DNA of 64,000 nt, taken from positions 512,001-576,000 of the forward strand of contig CAVUWD010000006.1 in NCBI GenBank assembly GCA_963745025.1, given 5' to 3'. Under the pieces are notes generated by a model, which ran no database searches, was not told the origin of the DNA, and worked only from the letters and a program-made list of their open reading frames with translations. Within the stretch, counting starts at the first letter, position 1; every line of letters starts with the position of its first letter. Positions 60,665 through 64,000 of this stretch are shown here, piece after piece. The translations under genes and the position numbers were made by a program. The DNA comes from an uncultured delta proteobacterium. GTDB lineage: Bacteria > Desulfobacterota > Binatia > JACPRU01.

Positions 60665-62287
60665 TCACAGGCTCACCTCGGCGCGCAGCAAGACTTCGTC
60701 GCGATCGCGGAAAAACCCGAGGTTCACGAAGTTGCCGCGCGTGATCGCATACTTGGCGGTGAACCGCAGGTGCGTGCCGACCAACCACGTGATGCCGGGC
60801 ACGGCCGAGATGACGCCACGCGGGTCGTAGGAGCCGAAGACCGACGGCTGAAGGCGGCCTCGCCAGAGCAGCGTGTTCAGCAAGAAGGTGGTGACGAACT
60901 CGTCCTCCTTTCGGGGCACGAAGTCCTTGGTGTCAGGGTTGATGATGCCGGTCTTGATCGAGCTGTCGTAGTCGAAGATGTGGGTGTGGAAGACCTGCGT
61001 GGAGAACGTGAACGTGTTGGTGGGATTGAGCGTGCGCACCCAGAAGGCCTTGTCGAAGCCCAGCACCCAGCGGAAGATGTCGCGCGACGTGAATCCGCCG
61101 GCGGCCTCGCCGACGCCGCCCGCCTGCTGGTTCGCGACCGCCTCGCCGACGAGTACCGCGAAGCTCGGGCCCAAGCCCGCTTGAGCGGGGACGAAGACGC
61201 GCTCGTCCCAGAACATGGCCGCCTCGGCGCGCACGACCGTGTCGATCGGCGGCTTCAGGTGCATGGTGAAGGTGCCGCCGGTGATCTGCTGCTGGTAGAA
61301 GACGAAGTCGATCGCGGAATTGGGCACCGGGTTGCCGTCGACCAGGTCGACGCTCGTGATCACCGCCCGGGTCGAGGGGTTGTCGTTCCACGTGACGTAG
61401 TGGGCGACCGATACGGTCGCGTCCTCGAAGAGGGTGGCGAGCAGGCGTCCGCCGCCGCGACTGTCGTTCGGCGCACGTCCCGGCCTCGTCACCTCGCGAG
61501 CGAAGAAGCTCGGCGGCGCCGGCGCGGCGAAGGGACTGCCGCGCGGCGCGACCGGCGCCTCCTGATCGTCGATCTGCGCGGGGACGAAATAGGAATCGAC
61601 GGTCAAGTTGGTGACGTTTTCGCCGCGCCACGGCAGGGCGAGCGTGCCGCGCATCATCCATAGCGGGATCCGCCGATCGTCGAGGTCCTCGACGAGCGGC
61701 AGCCCGAAGCGGTTGTCGAGCGGCTCGATCATGTCGAGCAAACGGAAGCCGTCGGTCTCTCCCCACGAGAGATCCTGGCGGCCGATGCGCAAGAAGAGCG
61801 GCCCGATGCTGCCCTGCCCGTAGGCATTCCACAGCTCGTCTTGGTGTCCGAGGATCTGGCGGTTGTCTGCGGTCCGGTTGACGGTGCGGCTCGCCGCGGG
61901 CTCCTGTGGGTCGAACGGCGAAGGCGGGTTGACCTCGACCTGATTGGAGTACTCCCGCGGCCCGTAGTCGTAGAGGCCCTCGTAGACACCCTTGAAGCGC
62001 ACGCGATAACCCAGGTCGTAGAGCCAGGCAGGCCTCTGCTCCAGCCACCGATCGAGCCGGTGTGCGAGCTCGACCTCGAGGAGGTTCCGCTGTTGAACCA
62101 CATGCCCGGACGGGGTGGGGGGAAACGTGAATCCCGACGACTCTTCGGTGCGAATCGCGGTCTGCGAGTACGCCCGGCCGAGCAGCTGGATCGTTTCGTC
62201 GCGATCGAGGTAGACGGCGCCCGCAGGTGTCGCCAGCAGCCAGGCGAAGCCCACAAGAGAGGCAAGGCGTTCCCATCCGTGTCGCAT
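60665..62287 (-). CDS. DUF1302-family outer membrane protein
   Basis: Signal peptide, RIGRQDLSWGETDGFRLLD.I.PLD, RIPLW, C-terminal DRD. Confidence 0.75.
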   Translation of the reverse strand: MRHGWERLASLVGFAWLLATPAGAVYLDRDETIQLLGRAYSQTAIRTEESSGFTFPPTPSGHVVQQRNLLEVELAHRLDRWLEQRPAWLYDLGYRVRFKGVYEGLYDYGPREYSNQVEVNPPSPFDPQEPAASRTVNRTADNRQILGHQDELWNAYGQGSIGPLFLRIGRQDLSWGETDGFRLLDMIEPLDNRFGLPLVEDLDDRRIPLWMMRGTLALPWRGENVTNLTVDSYFVPAQIDDQEAPVAPRGSPFAAPAPPSFFAREVTRPGRAPNDSRGGGRLLATLFEDATVSVAHYVTWNDNPSTRAVITSVDLVDGNPVPNSAIDFVFYQQQITGGTFTMHLKPPIDTVVRAEAAMFWDERVFVPAQAGLGPSFAVLVGEAVANQQAGGVGEAAGGFTSRDIFRWVLGFDKAFWVRTLNPTNTFTFSTQVFHTHIFDYDSSIKTGIINPDTKDFVPRKEDEFVTTFLLNTLLWRGRLQPSVFGSYDPRGVISAVPGITWLVGTHLRFTAKYAITRGNFVNLGFFRDRDEVLLRAEVSL

Positions 62288-62317
62288 CGGCACCCCGGGG
62301 GTTGGATGGCGCTCTCA

Positions 62318-62450
62318 CTAGCTCGCCTTGTTGAGCGTCCGCAAGTAGGCGACGGCGTCGCGGATGTCCTTGTCCGAAAGCGCCGGGTTGAAGCCCTTCG
62401 CCGGCACGGCGCTCGTGGTCGCGCTCAGGAGATCGTTGACAGGGCGCCCG
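62318..62450 (-). pseudogene. cytochrome c C-terminal remnant
   Basis: PAKGFNPALSDKDIRDAVAYLRTL stop; heme motif part missing. Confidence 0.6.
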
Positions 62451-62549
62451 TTGGCAGCCGACGAGATCCGCGCGGCGCCATTGAGAGAGCGAGCCACGAG
62501 TTGAGAAGTGACGCCCCCTGCACCGTCGCGCAGGGGGCGTCACTCTCGT

Positions 62550-64000
62550 TCAGCGCACCTGTATATTCACGGTGCTGGACTGGTTCGTCAGATTCGGGTC
62601 TGGAGTTGCACTCGAGACACTTCCGGTGCAGCTGAGAACACCGGTGGCCTCAGGCATGATCGTGATGTCTCTCGTGACGGGTGCGCCGGTCATTAGCGTC
62701 TCCAGAGGACACGTGACCGACCCCCCGGTCGCGACGCAGCCACTCGACCCATCGACTATATCGTACGGCACACCGGAACAGATGAGAGTTGCCGTTCCCG
62801 CCGTAGCCGTGTCAGGACCGAAGTTCTTGACCCTCAACTTATACTCGACCTCCCTTCCCACCCTCACCTGCCTCGGCTCCCCTTGGAGCTTCAGCGAAAG
62901 ATCCGCGCTGCCGCAACTGGGGCCTGGGTTGTTTCCCGTGCACACGCCCGCTTGGCACGTGTCGGTCTGCGTGCAAGCGTCGCCGTCATTGCATGCCGTG
63001 CCGTCGGCTGCGGGCGGATTGGAGCACGTGCCGGTCGCGGGATTGCACGTACCGGCGGCGTGGCACTGATCGGGGGCGGCACAGGTCACCGGGTTGGCGC
63101 CGGTGCAGACGCCGGCCTGGCACGTGTCGGTCTGCGTGCACGCGTCGCCGTCGTTGCATGCCGTGCCGTCGGCTGCGGGCGGGTTGGAGCACGTGCCGGT
63201 CGCGGGATTGCACGTACCGGCCGCGTGGCACTGATCGGGGGCGGCACAGGTCACCGGGTTGGCGCCGGTGCAGACGCCGGCCTGGCACGTGTCGGTCTGC
63301 GTGCAGGCGTCGCCGTCGTTGCAGGCGGTGCCGTCGGCCTGCGGGCGGATTGGAGCACGTGCCGGTCGCGGGATTGCACGTACCGGCCGCGTGGCACTGA
63401 TCGGGGGCGGCACAGGTCACCGGGTTGGCGCCGGTGCAGACGCCGGCCTGGCACGTGTCGGTCTGCGTGCAGGCGTTGCCGTCGTTGCACGCCGTGCCGT
63501 CGGCTGCGGGCGGATTGGAGCACGTGCCGGTCGCGGGATTGCACGTACCGGCCGCGTGGCACTGATCGGGGGCGGCACAGGTCACCGGGTTGGCGCCGGT
63601 GCAGACGCCGGCCTGGCACGTGTCGGTCTGCGTGCACGCGTTGCCGTCGTTGCAGCCGTGCCGTCGGCTGCGGGCGGATTGGAGCACGTGCCGCTCGCGG
63701 GATTGCACGTACCGGCCGCGTGGCACTGATCGGGGGCGGCACAGGTCACCGGGTTGGCGCCGGTGCAGACGCCGGCCTGGCACGTGTCGGTCTGCGTGCA
63801 AGCGTCGCCGTCGTTGCATGCCGTGCCGTCGGCTGCGGGTGTACCGCTGACACATAGGCCCGCCTGGCAGGTGTCGCTTGGCGTGCAGGCGTTGCCGTCG
63901 TCGCACGCCGTTCCGTCGGCCGCCAGGGCGCCGCTGACGCACACCCCTGCCTGGCAGGTGTCGTTTAGCGTGCAGACGTAGCCGTCGTCGCAGGGCGTGC
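62550..64000 (-). CDS. large exported Cys-rich repeat protein with C-terminal DUF11 domain (5' end outside window; two compensating indels)
   Basis: ADGTACNDG.ACTQTDTCQAG.C repeats; ADLSL...V.N.GP..A...DPN..N DUF11; frames joined across indels near 63340 and 63655. Confidence 0.85.
62940..63995 (-). repeat. coding tandem repeat: five near-identical 165-bp (55-aa) units plus 87-bp (29-aa) units
   Basis: TGGCACTGATC recurs at 63061, 63226, 63392, 63557 and 63721 (spacings 165, 166, 165, 164). Confidence 0.95.

Noticed and set aside
62940-63995. Tandem array as CRISPR or non-coding array
   Set aside because: No unique spacers; unit lengths are multiples of 3 and encode Cys-rich protein repeats.

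Overview
GC-rich bacterial DNA that is a dense mosaic of intact genes and many truncated, internally deleted or frameshifted gene remnants. The DUF1302/DUF1329 pair, class III cyclase-ATPases and Cys-rich repeat protein suggest a Binatia/deltaproteobacterial-type host (inference). Intact genes include a Zn-dehydrogenase, a PD40 beta-propeller, an HTH/nucleotidyltransferase pair, GST, a TPP riboswitch with thiD-tenA, a SagB-like oxidase, moaA, hflKC, a flavin monooxygenase, glgC, an MFS transporter, nhaR, recCBD and corA. Three signals stand out. (1) A non-coding 93-bp sequence occurs in three same-orientation copies (1420, 7396, 10586; possibly a decayed fourth at 23111). It has a sharp common left end, cuts an integrase gene, and in the two identical copies ends on a XerC/dif-like arm. 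(2) An RpoD-like sigma factor has four tandem HTH-like repeats in place of region 1.1 and an altered region 2.4, within a divergent Fe-S/cofactor cluster. (3) Gene fusions and deletions are pervasive (thiC, ferritin-like, amidohydrolase, two integrases). No CRISPR array, tRNA or rRNA was seen. Family calls come from recognised motifs only, and some indels may be sequencing or assembly errors.
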